Assembly: GCA_904063045.1 (NCBI GenBank)
Contig: CAJFCJ010000019.1
Location: 1,106,570-1,170,569, forward strand
DNA: 64,000 bases
DNA from: Dimorphilus gyrociliatus
Lineage: Eukaryota; Animalia; Annelida
Reading direction: 5' to 3'
In this document: in pieces, positions 26,688-39,809 of the stretch
Numbering within the stretch: position 1 is the first letter of the stretch
How the letters are laid out: every line of letters starts with the position of its first letter
Translations under genes and position numbers: made by a program
The notes under the pieces: generated by a model
What the model was told of the DNA's origin: nothing
Database searches by the model: none
What the model saw: the letters and a program-made list of their open reading frames with translations, nothing else

Positions 26688-27854
26688 ATGACAGAGCAAG
26701 CTTATGAGAAGAAAGATATTTTAAGTGATCAGTATGCTGATGGAAAAGCAGCAAAAGTTTGGGAAATGTATATTGGGAGTAAACAAGTCAGAACAGCAAA
26801 TTATAAAAGTTTCATATGCCAACTATTACGGAGTCATAATTGTAAGAGAGTGCTAGACGTTGCTTGCGGAACGGGGTTAGTACAATTATGAAATATGTGA
26901 AAAGGTCATTGAAAAGTATTCCTACTTCTCTCCTGTAGTACAATAAAAAGCTTTTGTAAACGTTTTCATTTTAATAGAGTCGATTCGATTATGCTATTAG
27001 AAGAGGGCTTTAAAGTCATCAGTACAGACGCTAGTGATCAAATGCTTAAATACGCCTTGAAAGAACGCTGGAATAGAAGAAAGGAAGCGGAATTCGATAA
27101 TTGGGGTAATGAGCGTTCTCCCCCTCTTTCTTCTACTTTCCTGTCTAAAATTCTGTCACTCTTTTATACCTTCTTTCTTTCTTCCAATTAGTAATAGAGG
27201 AAGCGAATTGGCTCACTCTACAAAATGATTTAGAAGACGTCAAAGGGTGTCCAGAAGAAGGATTTGACGCAGTTGTTTGCTTGGGTAACTCTTTTGCTCA
27301 CTTATTAGATTTTGATGGGGATCAGAGAGGTCAGAGGTTAGCTTTGAAGAATTTCTGCTCCTTGATCAAACCCGGAGGAATATTGATTGTTGATCATCGA
27401 AATTATGATGAAATCCTGCGCACTGGCAAACCTCCCCTCGGAAAGAATGTTTTATATATGGTGCGTAATTTAAAAAAAAGATAATCTCACTCAAGATAGT
27501 GTATGATTAAAAGCTGTTTTTCTTATTTAATAAATATAGGGCCAAAGAATCACGGACATAAATTGTTCTAATATGTATGTGAATGGAAAACCATACATGA
27601 CAACATTCAACTATACAATGGACGTATCAACATATGTCAAGGATGAATCCAAGAAAGCCAAATGGTTTTCCGATGACGGAAAGGAACACTTCCGTTTATC
27701 CTATTATCCACATCGAGTTGTTGATTTTGTTAGTCTCCTAAGACAAGTCTTTGGTCCAGAAGCCAAACATAGTATTTTTGGTGATTTTAAGCCAATTGAT
27801 GAAATTGAGTGTCCCACATATTTTATGCATGTTATTAAAAAGACAATTTCCTAG
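26688..27854 (+). CDS. GNMT: Glycine N-methyltransferase
   Basis: Exons 26688-26875, 26978-27105, 27192-27460, 27540-27854 give 299 aa. [68 protein letters not shown]. Confidence 0.96.
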
Positions 27855-28121
27855 TCTCTTTTAATATTTTGTAGATAATTATTTTTGCATACATGTTAAC
27901 GTATTTAAATACACAGTAGATATTTTTATACAGCATTCTCATAAGTTCAGCGTCCCAATCACTCAATAAAAGTGGCAGCATTGTTTTTAAGAATAATAAA
28001 ATCTTGCCTTATTGCAATCTAAATACGAAAATTATTAATTTTTACAAAAGTAAAAAAAGACTAATTTGGTTGAAGAAAAGAATGTGCTCCTATTGCGTGA
28101 TCGGCACTGTATTTTAAAAAC

Positions 28122-30155
28122 TCAAGATGATGTATCAACTACAACTTTTATAAATAAGCAATCATCCTTCAAGTATTGGTCTTTCTTTTGACCCAAAATG
28201 GTCTGTGAAATAAAAACTGGAGAGCCACTTGCAATGTTCATTTCAGTTGTAGGTCTTTTAAAGCTATTACTAGATGGATCAGGTCGAAATGCATCCGTAA
28301 CATGCTCAGCCCGATCAGTTTGATCTAAAAGAATAAAAGTCACCTTCTTGTTGAACGGCCATCTTTGTAGAGCATCGAAAGATCCTCTCATTACAACAAA
28401 AAAGACTGATAAATGTGTTCCTCGACCATTTCCGTCTCCATTAGGATAAACTCGTATACACATTTTATAACCTGTCCGACTCGTATAAAAAGGAACAGAA
28501 TAGTAACTCGTCAGTTTATTCATTTGGGCTTGTCTCTTTTTACTTTCAAATTTGTCCAGTTTAAATATTAAGGTACCATCGTAGGAAGTATTACGTAAAT
28601 TTTCAATTAGTAATCTTTGTTCTTTAATAATTAAATCTTTCATAATAACTTCTTTTTTCCATGAAGATAAATCATCTTCACAATCATGAATCTTCTTTTC
28701 AAAGGCTCTAAATGTAGTCTTTAGCTCTCTAATCTCTTCGTCATTTCTCTCAATTTCTTGACAAAAAACGGGTAAAAGATTTTTTTCAATCGATCCATTT
28801 GAACTTTGAACAACATCACCAGTTGCTTATAGAAAATCATATTAATTGTAATATTTAAAGAAAGCTATTACAGTATATAATACCTTTGGTATATTCTGGT
28901 ATTTCGCCAATATCTTTTAAAATTATATCAATACTTTCTCTGATATCTATTACTTCAGTTGTTAATTCGTTAATTTTTTTATCGTATTCTGTAGTTGATT
29001 GAGTCGAAATTGGATTTTCTGCCTGTACATTATTATCATTTGTATCAATAGCTGCAAGTTTGTCGTGAAGAAGGTTCATATGTTCATGACAGGCATCGAC
29101 CAAATGCTTTTCCATATCTTTCCTTTTTAACTAATTCAATTATATAGTAAAGGGAAAAGAAGAATAATATTAAATAAAATTTCACATTTCATAGGCTATA
29201 GTTATTCTTATTGCTTACAAATATCCTATGAGTTGTTCCATTATTAAATTTGCAAGGCTCCAGGTCTCTCTTACAAGATCCCGTTAAACTATCTTGATGA
29301 GATGAAAGCTATAGTTTTGTAAAGTTATTACCAAAAAATGTATATTTTCTAATACAATTTAATATCCTTACCTCGTCTCTCATTAATTTCTCTCCACATA
29401 AATCACAGTTGACCGTCATTTTTGGGCAGTCATTATCATAGTGATTTTGTTTGTTTTCCCAAATATATTCATCTTTGCATAAATCGCATATAGTTTTTCT
29501 CTTTATGCATTCATTTGCTCTATGATCATCATATTTATTAAGTTGAATATGTTGTCCACATTCACAGATTACAATTTTATATGAACAGGCTTGTTGATGA
29601 CTCTAAACACAAATAATATATCAAATAAGTAGTGTTAGATAAGGAAAATTTTAACCTACTTCCAATTCTTTTATTCTTCCGACCCAAGAACATGGTTTAT
29701 TCATACATCTACTTTTAATGTTACCTATCTCTCTTCGAAACGCCTTGTCAGGAAACGCCTATGTAAATTATGGGATAGTAAATTATAAAATCATTTTGTA
29801 TCAAGTGATTAGGTATAATAAGAGGTACTGCTTTACATCTCGAAAGGATATCTCTTCGGAAATGGGCTCTCCATCATCTATACAACGTTTACAATGTTCC
29901 TGCTTATTCGATCTATATTTTATTAAATGAATTATTAGTTTTGATCGTTTTCGCACTGTAATCCTTATCTTACTTTAAATATTCAATACAATTTTCACAG
30001 TATCGATGGCCACAGGATATTTGAATAGCATTTTTTATGAAATTATTACAAACTGGACAAGCATATTTTTCTGAATCATATTCTTCCTTGTTCACTATTA
30101 TAGAAGCTGGATAGCCAGAATTTGGAGCAGTTGCAATGGCATCAGACGTGGCCAT
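28122..30155 (-). CDS. Full-length TRAF (TRAF2/3-like): RING, TRAF zinc fingers, coiled coil, MATH domain
   Basis: RING CPVCNNFIKNAIQISCGHRYCENC, linker FPDKAFRREI, Cys/His zinc-finger exons, and MATH domain FYTSRTGYKMCIRVYPNGDGNGRGTHLSVFFVVMRG...WPF...AFRPDP...MNIASG. Start placed at the ATG at 30155. Confidence 0.93.
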
Positions 30156-31564
30156 AATAAATACTATGGCACTCACAGTTCATTCAAAATTTTCTTTATT
30201 ATCGAAGAAATTATAGCTGTATGAGAATTGTAAAGATTAAAAAAGTGGTTAATCACAAATGAATTTAACATAGAAAACATCATTTTTTGTGATTATTCTT
30301 TTACCTGGTTAACCTTTTGAAAACGTGGTTTTTGCTTAACTTTAGTCCTACCGGAAATATGGTTAAATAATTTGTATTTTTTCAAAATCGAACCTAGGAG
30401 CATTTATTATAATGAAAAAATAAAACATTTTATACTAAACGTTTTTCAGTAGTTTTGATATTTAAAAATATTTTTTGGTAATGTTTAAACAAACATTAAT
30501 TTCACATATAACCCCTTCTCTTAAGATATAAATATATATGGATATAAGATATTAAGTTGTGGTTATCTTTAATAATTTTTTTATATAAGATTATAATAAT
30601 AGTTACCTTACTTGAATAATTGTTTAAATCGTTCTGTTTAGATAGTATTTTTATTACCTAATTAACTGTTTTCTATATACTATTTCGCACGGTTCTCTTT
30701 TTCCGTGCAAAATCTTTTTTAATCTATGTTTCCAAATTGATAAATAAATTGACATTATTACGTCTTCTATCGTAACAAATTCAGTATAAATTAGCTATGC
30801 CTACAATAATATTTATTCTTGAAAACGAAAGAAGAACATTTTGTAGTTCCTATTTTATAAAACATAGATGTATACTATACCAAACTAGTAAGTTATTAGG
30901 TTAATTTATATTGGCGAATTCCTTAAGAATAATAGACAAATGATAAATCTTACCTTCAAGCTGCTCACAATTAAACAAGCATTCCAATGATTTTCAAGGG
31001 TAAAAACCAATTGAGACTTTAACCAATGGATAAAATTTATAACTCTGGTTTTCCTTTCCAACAAATAAATTACACATTCACTTTAAAACAAAACAGCAAA
31101 AATACTATGAAAACTGACGAAAAGTGTGAAATATCAAATTTAACAGATAAAATCAAAGATAAAGATTATAACAAAACTGTCCAAAGAGTATATAATAATG
31201 ATTTTATAGCTAAAATAATTAGAATTAGTTTACAAACATACTTTTTCCAATAATTAATATATAAAATATACAGCATACAGTTTAGATATTAAAACTTTGT
31301 AATAACAATTTAATTTAAGTCTTTTGCTTTGAATTAAAAAAAATCAAGCAAAACTAAATAAGATGTACAATGATATGAGCAATTTCAAGTCTACACTCAC
31401 AGAAAATATCTGCCTTATTAAAAGCAACCAATTAAGAATGTATATGCATGCTGTTAAAAAAGAAACTCTAAACTCTTTTGATATTTTGTGTATTTTCTAT
31501 ATTTAGATATGTATAACTAAATATATATATTTCATTAACAGTAATTAAGTAATACTTGTAAAAC

Positions 31565-32447
31565 TTATCCAGATGATGTATCAACTAAAACTTTTAAAAA
31601 TAAGCAATCATCCTTCAAGTATTGGTCTTTCTTTTGAGCCAAAATGGTCTGTGAAATAAAAACTGGAGAGCCACTTGCAATGTTCATTTCAGTTGTAGGT
31701 CTTTTAAAGCTATTACTAGATGGATCAGGTCGAAATGCATCAGTAACATGCTCAGCCCGATCAGTTTGATCTAAAAGAATAAAAGTCACCTTCTTGTTGA
31801 ACGGCCATCTTTGTAGAGCATCGAAAGATCCTCTCATTACAACAAAAAAGACTGATAAATGTGTTCCTCGACCATTTCCGTCTCCATTAGGATAAACTCG
31901 TATACACATTTTATAACCTGTCCGACTCGTATAAAAAGGAACAGAATAGTAACTCGTCAGTTTATTCATTTGGGCTTGTCTCTTTTTACTTTCAAATTTG
32001 TCCAGTTTAAATATTAAGGTACCATCGTAGGAAGTATTACGTAAATTTTCAATTAGTAATCTTTGTTCTTTAATAATTAAATCTTTCATAATAATTTCTT
32101 TTTTCAATGATGATAAGTTATCTTTATATTCATGAATCTTCTTTTCAAAGGCTCTAAATGTAGTCTTTGGCTCTCTAATCTCTTCGTCATTTCTCTCAAT
32201 TTCTTGACAAAAAACGGGTAAAAGATTTTTTTCAATCGATCCATTTGAACTTTGAACAACATCACCAGTTGCTTATAGAAAATCATATTAATTGTAATAT
32301 TTAAAGAAAGCTATTACAGTATATAATACCTTTGGTATATTCTGGTATTTCGCCAATATCTTTTAAAATTATATCAATACTTTCTCTGATATCTATTACT
32401 TCAGTTGTTAATTCGTTAATTTTTTTATCGCATTCTTCATTTAACAT
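31565..32447 (-). CDS. Truncated TRAF duplicate: coiled coil plus MATH only (274 aa)
   Basis: Exons 32447-32330 and 32271-31565 are open and in frame. Near-identical to 28127-28983, intron included; homology ends near 32430. The ATG at 32447 is the first after an in-frame stop. Expression unknown. Confidence 0.75.
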
Positions 32448-34824
32448 AGTGAATTTGTGTTTATTACTCTTGTTTGACGTCTTTTTTTTAAGAAGAATAT
32501 TTTGCGCACTTATTACTGATTAAATCTAATCCGTGGTTATAACCGCCTGGTTTTGGTGGGGTAGTAATTAATATTAGCAAGGTCATTAGGTCATTTATAG
32601 TTTTGTTAATGTATATATTATTTTTTATTGCATACCTTCCCGCGTTTTTTTAATTGAATTGAACTATAAAGAAAGAAAATATATAAATAACTATATTTTA
32701 TTTTTGCTTTTACTCTTTAAAAGTTTGTTTATGTAATTAAATATGTAATATTAGTATTTATTGCCAAGTATTAATTAATTGACAAGTTATGTTATACGTA
32801 TGTTTTTTAATTTGTTTCTACAAAGAATCTATTTACAATTAATTGTTTATAAAGGTTTTAGTAGATGTGCAAATTTTTTAGTAATCTCTTTTTATATAAA
32901 ATGCTTCTTTCGGAAAAAATAACAAAAATCCATTAGTTCTGTCCAAAAATAATAATAATATGAAGAATATCACCTATGGGCCTCAATGACTTATTGTATA
33001 TCGGTACTTAAACAGTTAGCCGTTTATTATTTAACAAAGCGATTAATCCAATCTAAAACTCGAAATAAATTAAGAAAAAATATTCTTCATGAGAAAATTC
33101 TTTTTTTTTTTTAAAGAAAAAAATTATCGACTTTTTTCGTCGTTATTATTACTGACTCAACCAGATACAAAATATCAAAATATTCTTTTTAGTTACTATT
33201 CCAGAATATAGATGGAGCCGCAATTCACTATGTAAGATAATGATACAGGTAGCGTAGCCTATTCATTCAAGTAAGCCGTGAAAGAATTCGGTTAATATTA
33301 TAAAAGTGTCTTTTTAAATCTTTGAATAATACAATAGAGAAAAATAAAATAATTATAAATAATCAAATATTAAGGCTAATCTTGAAATTTTTACCAAGAA
33401 GATAACAATGACATATATTATTTCATTGAGAAAATTAACTAGTTCGGAAGGTTTTAATCTTTCAATATAAGTTATTTTTCTTTAATGGTAATATCTCTCT
33501 CTCTCTCTCGCGTCTATTCTTTCCCACCCCCTCCCATTTCTTCCCGAATATAAACAGAGCATGCTTCATATAGTTCTTGTCATTATAGTTTGATATATAG
33601 TTAAGGCAATTGATGGGTGAAATTTCGTTAGGAATAATTACGAGGTTACTAGAGTAGGATAGAAAGAATTCTCTATTTAATATAAGAGTAATCTTATTTC
33701 ATAATATGACTTTTTGTTTAAAATGTTATTTTATACAAAAGAAACGTTTCATTTAAAAAGAAAAAGCTTATAGTTAAGAAGTTTATAATCTTTCTTTATT
33801 TCTTTTTCTTCTTAATAACGTATTTGTGAAGTGAATTGGAAATGTTTTAATAATTTCATAGTCGCGATCCCCTCCCTCTTCCCCCTCCCCCCCACAGCCT
33901 CCATTTGCTCTTTTTTTTCTCTCTCTTTCTTCTACTATACCGCATTTTTTTTTATATTATCATTACAATATTGTCTTCTTCACTTTACAATTGATTAATT
34001 TAATTCTGACACTATAGAAGTTCTCTTTTGTATATCCTTCAATGATCATTTTCATACTAAATTGACCTATATTTCCTGTTCTTCTGCTATTTCTCAGCTA
34101 GAGAATATTGCTGAAAAAGTGAATTATGCACAAGATATTTCTACCTTTTAACCTAAAATCTTTTACTAGTAGATATTTGATTTTATTCGGGATATATCCA
34201 TTAACATTTCCGGTAAAGATATCAAATATTGATATGTCTGGGTTAACGAGAAAACTCTATTCAACGTGTATGAAAGAGAAAAAATTACGGATAAATTTCT
34301 TGAATTGCTATTGATATATAATTGTCTTCATTATCTTTCATAAAAGGCACTTCCGGTCAAATATTCTATGAAATAATCAACTTATTTACCTAACCATTCA
34401 TTCTTTTTTTGGATAAGAACTATCTGTTCAATTAAAAGCCTTTTTTAAGGATAAGATTATTTAATATATAACAGATTCTATTAAAGAACCTTAGTTTACT
34501 TCTAAGAAAATATTTGGAAAACGCTTATATTAGAGTTTATTACGTAAAGTACTTCTTCCGGTTTTTGCTAATCTTTTTCCTGTTAAATATATATTTAATA
34601 TAAAAATAGTGTGTGTTTAAAAAGGTAAAAAAAGAAGAGAGAATGTTGTATAGAATAGGAAAGTTTCTCTGAGATTAACTCTGAGATATCGGTTAATCAT
34701 GAAAAGAAATTATCAACGGAGAAAGACTAAAATAGAAAAGCCGATTATAAATATAAAATTAGTAATGGGGAAACAAACTAGCCAATCAATTTCCTTCTTG
34801 CTCTTTCCTTATACTATATATGTA

Positions 34825-34881
34825 GAAGAAGAAGAAGAAGAAGAAGAAGAAGAAGAAGAAGAAGAAGAAGAAGAAGAAGAA
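34825..34881 (+). repeat. (GAA)19 trinucleotide repeat
   Basis: Counted directly. It produces the poly-Glu ORF 34699-34905 in the track. Confidence 0.95.
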
Positions 34882-35284
34882 GAGGAATATGAGGGAAATG
34901 CATAACCCAATTCAAGAATCATAAATAGATTATTAAAATAAAGAAAAGACGTATAAAATAAAAAGGAAGGCTTTAGTCATTTGGGTTAGCTATCAAATGA
35001 GCATGTTTGGGTAAAGATTAAGATAATAGGGCTAAGAAGAAGCACAAATATGTCACTGTATTACGTTTAAACTTTATACTATAGGTGCAAAAAAATTTGA
35101 ACATGATTATTTTTGCTATAATTAAAATAGTGGCTACTTTTTGTTTGTCATCTAAAGTAGTTAATTGGCTGGTAGTGGTAGTTTAAAGTTGTCTGTAGTT
35201 GAATTGCAAACCTGTAGGGTAATTAGACACGTTATCAATAGTATTTCTATGAAGTAGAAGTGTGGGCGGATAAGCTCATTATTC

Positions 35285-37746
35285 TTAATGAGATATGGAG
35301 TTATAACTGAGAAAACGTATAATAAATAGAAAACAACTAGCTTTGATAAGACAGGATTCGGTCTGCGTTGATACATCTCTTAAAGGCTTTCCCGCTTCGA
35401 AAACGTCAGTTGGTGCCGATACCATAGGACCAACTGTTCTTCCTGTTATCGTAAAGTTATCATTGTTTATTGCATCGTCCTTCTTTTTAGAAACTATTGC
35501 GTAAAATTTTGGAATACAAATAAGCGTTAACATTCCGGTAACAGCAACCTGTAAGTGGATCCATCGACACAAATAAATAATGTCTGGACCTCTCTGAAAG
35601 GCTATAAACCTCCTAGATGGACAAAAAGAAAAAGAATTAGTGACATTCTATTTTAATAAAAAAGACAAAATTACTTACTCTATAATTATCATGAAAGTTC
35701 CAAGTATGACGTTATTGTAAATGGACCATGTAATGTATTTACTTTCATTGAAGTGACTCGGTGCTTTCCTAACAATGTAGCACAAATAAACACCCCATAG
35801 AAGGAAACAAAATTCAACTAGAGATGTAAGCATATTATTTGATTACTTGCAAAGCTAATTAAACAGTTGTATTATTTGTTATATTACTACTTACCAACAA
35901 TAGCAATATACTCCCAAAAACCGTAGTCACAACTTTTAAATTTAAGATCTGATGATGTTTTTGACCAAATCACCTCAGGTTTTCCAACCCCTGTCCATAC
36001 TGCTAAAAAGATTGTAGCGAATAGTACAATTGGTATAAACCCTCTTGCCAATTTTCTATCCGATAAATTGAGTTTTTTCGCTGATTTTACAGTAAAAATT
36101 GCAGAGATTCTATAAGAAGTTACATAAACAACATTACATTAATAAACGTACTATTAATATAAATGCATATAACTATATACCTCCAAGTTTTAAGTAGTAA
36201 CGCTCCATAGGCCAGTGCAAATCCGATATGTTCAGTCCACATGGCGGATACACACGTTGCCCATGTTGGTTCGGGATATGTGAAAAGCGTCTAAATTGAC
36301 AGGTTGACGACTATAATTAAAAACTCTAGTAATTTAGGTTAAAGGAAACTTACTGATGTACACATCAAGGCTGACCCAACGGCCATAAAGTGTAAGAAGA
36401 GAGGACTTGCTGATTTTATAGCCTGTAAACATGTATCAACAAAAGCATAATATGTAAAAGATATTCAATAACGGAATATGCTATTATGTATCAAATCATT
36501 ATCTTACCCTTGTATTTCGGAATATGGATATTCCAGCTGATAAACATATGACAGAAGCAAATAAGATGACAACAAGAACAAGAAGAGCTACCCGGATAGG
36601 TAGAACGAAAGAATATAAGCATGGTGAATCATCTATACACGTCTCACAGCCCTCGGCACACTTTTTACATTGAAATTGAGTTATGCTAGTAGCGTTTGCT
36701 AAAGCTTCCTCAATAGACGAACCATTGTAGGATTTAACTGATGCAGAAATATCAGGAAAGTAATAGCCAACGGAACACACGCACTTGTAAGCCCCACGAA
36801 TAAAGCCTTGACCAAGAATTGGAACGCATGTGGTCGACAGAGGACAGTTATGCGTTCCTCTAAAAACGTCCACGGAAGAAGAGGTAGTTCGAGTAGGATT
36901 GTCTTCCAAATCGCACTGGTTAATATCTATATTTGTTAACTCAATATCGATTGTTGCTATTCCCCTAAAAAAGGGTATGTTATTGGGTTTGAAGCCAAAT
37001 ATTGGACTCGAATATGTAACCATCCATATATCACCACCTCCACAATCGTAATACGGAGCTGTCCAGTGCCCATATTCCATGACGGACATGGGCTGGTATA
37101 TTAATTTCTTGGCGCTATGAGATGTTGAATTATGTCTATAAGTTACCTCGTTAACAGAAACTCTAGCCGAAGTCCAATTCTTGAAGCGAAGTGTATGATA
37201 CCATTCTGTGGCGTTACTCAAGTAGTTGTAATTTAATGAAATATCGTGAGCAAAAACTCCTTTCTTCTTGTACGAATAAGGACAAAAAGTTTTAAATTTA
37301 GGATAAACCCATTCTTCAACAGCAATTGCTGAACCAAAAATAGGGCTGTCGTTATCGACGTTGTTCCGAACAAGATCGAATAGAAATTTTTCTGTTGTAT
37401 CTAATTTATTTGAATTGGTTATAACAATCTTTGTTAGCAAATTTGCCATTTTAATAGCGACATGAGCGTACTCGGCCCAGATGCGATGATCAAACGAAAC
37501 AGGTAAAGTTTCTTCGGTACCACCGTTACAAGATGACGTTCGAACACGTTCAACATACTCTAACGCAGTTTTTGCCTTTTGATATCGCTCTATTAAAGGA
37601 ATTGCAAAGGAAAAATATTGGAAAGACGATAGGAGAAATAATATTAAATTTAAGAAGACTCAAAGCTTAAAACTATTACCATCAATAGTTTGCGTTGAAG
37701 ACGAAAGCATCCCTCTAAAAAGCAAAAGGAGCAGTATTCCGTTCAT
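35285..37746 (-). CDS. GPR158-like: GPR158/GPR179-like class C GPCR (Cache-type ectodomain, Cys-rich region, 7TM)
   Basis: Signal-peptide exon 37746-37680; large ectodomain exon with GHWTAPYYDCGGGDIWMVTYSSP, IDIELTNIDINQC, FRGTHNC, RGAYKCVC; in-frame 7TM exons with IKSASPLFL, GFALAYGALLLKTWR, FNESKYI, LICIPKF. The 3' end at 35285 is the simplest reading. Confidence 0.9.
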
Positions 37747-39795
37747 ATCTGAAACAAGGCAGAAATATGATGCGTTACTATCACTTAAGGATTGGATAAG
37801 ATTCTTTATTGTTGGGACATACGTATAAATATATAGATTTGCGTTCTCAGCTATACTTACTTGACATCTACACTACTCACGTACGCTGGATGATGTATAC
37901 ATATACATATATATATATATATATATAATCTATATACCACGCCTCTCTTTGATAATAAAAAAAAAATTAGACTTTTATCTTCCTTTTAAAAGACTATACA
38001 CTTTGAACTATTTAGCGGACTTATAAATTTTTTATATCAGACAAAAGGTTACATATGATAACAAAAGGGAAAAATGTTTCCATCAGAAAGTCTTTTGTTA
38101 CTTTTTAAGATGTAATGAGTCGACTATCTATAATCTCTCTCTAAGTGAATAACTAATGATGAAAATAAGAGAAGCGGTAAACGGAGTATTGAAAATTAGG
38201 AAAGAAGAGGAAAAATGGGACGGGAAAGAAAGGAAAAAGGATAATTAGAGATGGAAAGTAAAAAAGGTGTTAGAGAACACAAGACCTGAAAAATAAGACG
38301 TCAACGGGTATCTGAATATATAGAAATTTATTATATATATATGATAAAGGTTGACGTAGAAAAAGACATTGCTTGTATTTAAAAAAAAGAAAGCTGAAAC
38401 ATCTTTCCTCCACATTTAGAATGGAAGAAATAGGTTATATTTATTTATCAAATATATATATATATATATATTTACATTCATATATAAATATACCCTATAC
38501 ACATATATAGTGAAAGATGGAATGAGAGAAGAATGAAGGTAGACAGGTATTGCACTAGTGTTAAGCTATATACTTGTCATATGCAGTATGGTTTTTGATT
38601 AAACCATGCAATTTTCTGAAAGGGTCACTCTTTTCAAACAAAAAAACTGTATTCTTTAGCAAATAGAAGCATAGTTTTTCTACTTCATATATTGAAAGTA
38701 AAATGGAGTTTTTAGATTATCGTTTAACTATGCTTTTTTTTAAATCATATGTGTTATTTTTTGTTTTATCTAAATAGAACAAATTTTTAAAGCTGTCTCA
38801 TATTATTCCCTCTCTTGTACTTCTGGGTTTCCGGTTTCGGAGTCTCGACGATGTATATTATTTCTCTTCCTCCATTTCTCTCCACTTCTTCCTTCTCTTC
38901 ACGAATAAACGAAGAGATTGCTACTCTCTTTTAAAATTAACAATCATTAAGATAAAGTATATGGATAGGGTTAATAATAAATATTATTTCACTAAATGAA
39001 AGTTATGTTTAATTAATTCCATACTTTTTTTTGTTTAGTTGATTAGAACAGTTGTTATTTATATATGTATATTTGCCAATGGGGATTTTATCGTCCCTTA
39101 GATAGCAATATTAATTCTGTTTTGTACTGGAAACATCTTTTCTCTTATTCAGCACGTATCAATATAGTTTTTTTTTTATGCGCCATTCTTGTCAAAAATT
39201 TGTTATTCATACATCCATTTCTATTCTAGTGTATTTGCAAAGGACATACTTAACATGTATTTCCATTAACGTATTGTGGAATCCTTTTCCAGTTTTAGAT
39301 TTTTCAATTGATAGTATAAATGTCTTTTAGAGATTCTTGATGCATCAAAATGTATAGTAATTGAAAGAATTGTGCGGTCATTTCATTGATAATTAATGAT
39401 AGAAGAGAGGAATAGAGAGATAGATAGAGTGAGAGAGAGAAGAGAAGAGAGAGAAAGAGGCATTTTCCATTTTCTACATCTCTGCGAATAGCTATTGTTT
39501 ATCAACGTAGGTAAAGTATTATAATAATAACAGTAATAATATTACAATTGGTAAAAGGAAAGAAAATATATTTGTTTCCTCATAACCAAAGTACAAATCC
39601 TATGAACCGTATGCAATATACACAGTATATACTGTTTATACATACATATTATAGATATTTATCGAAAACATTTGTTCTTACCCTATAAACTATTAGCAAC
39701 GATGCGTAACAAGTCAAACATTTACTTCTTTTATCATCAAAAGATAAGAAATTATTAAATACTTGAAAATTAATATAACAAAAAAAATAACTTAC

Positions 39796-39809
39796 TCAGC
39801 AACCAAGAT
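39796..39809 (-). other. Possible 14-nt micro-exon (5'UTR of the GPCR gene?)
   Basis: Minus strand: polypyrimidine tract TTTACTTTTTTTTATAG, then ATCTTGGTTGCTGA, then the consensus donor GTAAGT. Confidence 0.3.

Noticed and set aside
34699-34905. Poly-glutamate ORF
   Set aside because: Product of the (GAA)19 repeat; the flanking sequence is not protein-like.
26688-37746. GNMT lying near a GPR158-like gene (the mammalian homologue is a glycine receptor) as a possible glycine module
   Set aside because: The TRAF genes lie between them, orientations differ, and the invertebrate ligand is unknown. Proximity is most simply chance in a gene-dense genome.
39100-39400. Possible decayed retroelement coding sequence on the minus strand
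   Set aside because: No diagnostic RT or endonuclease motif could be read; many stops.
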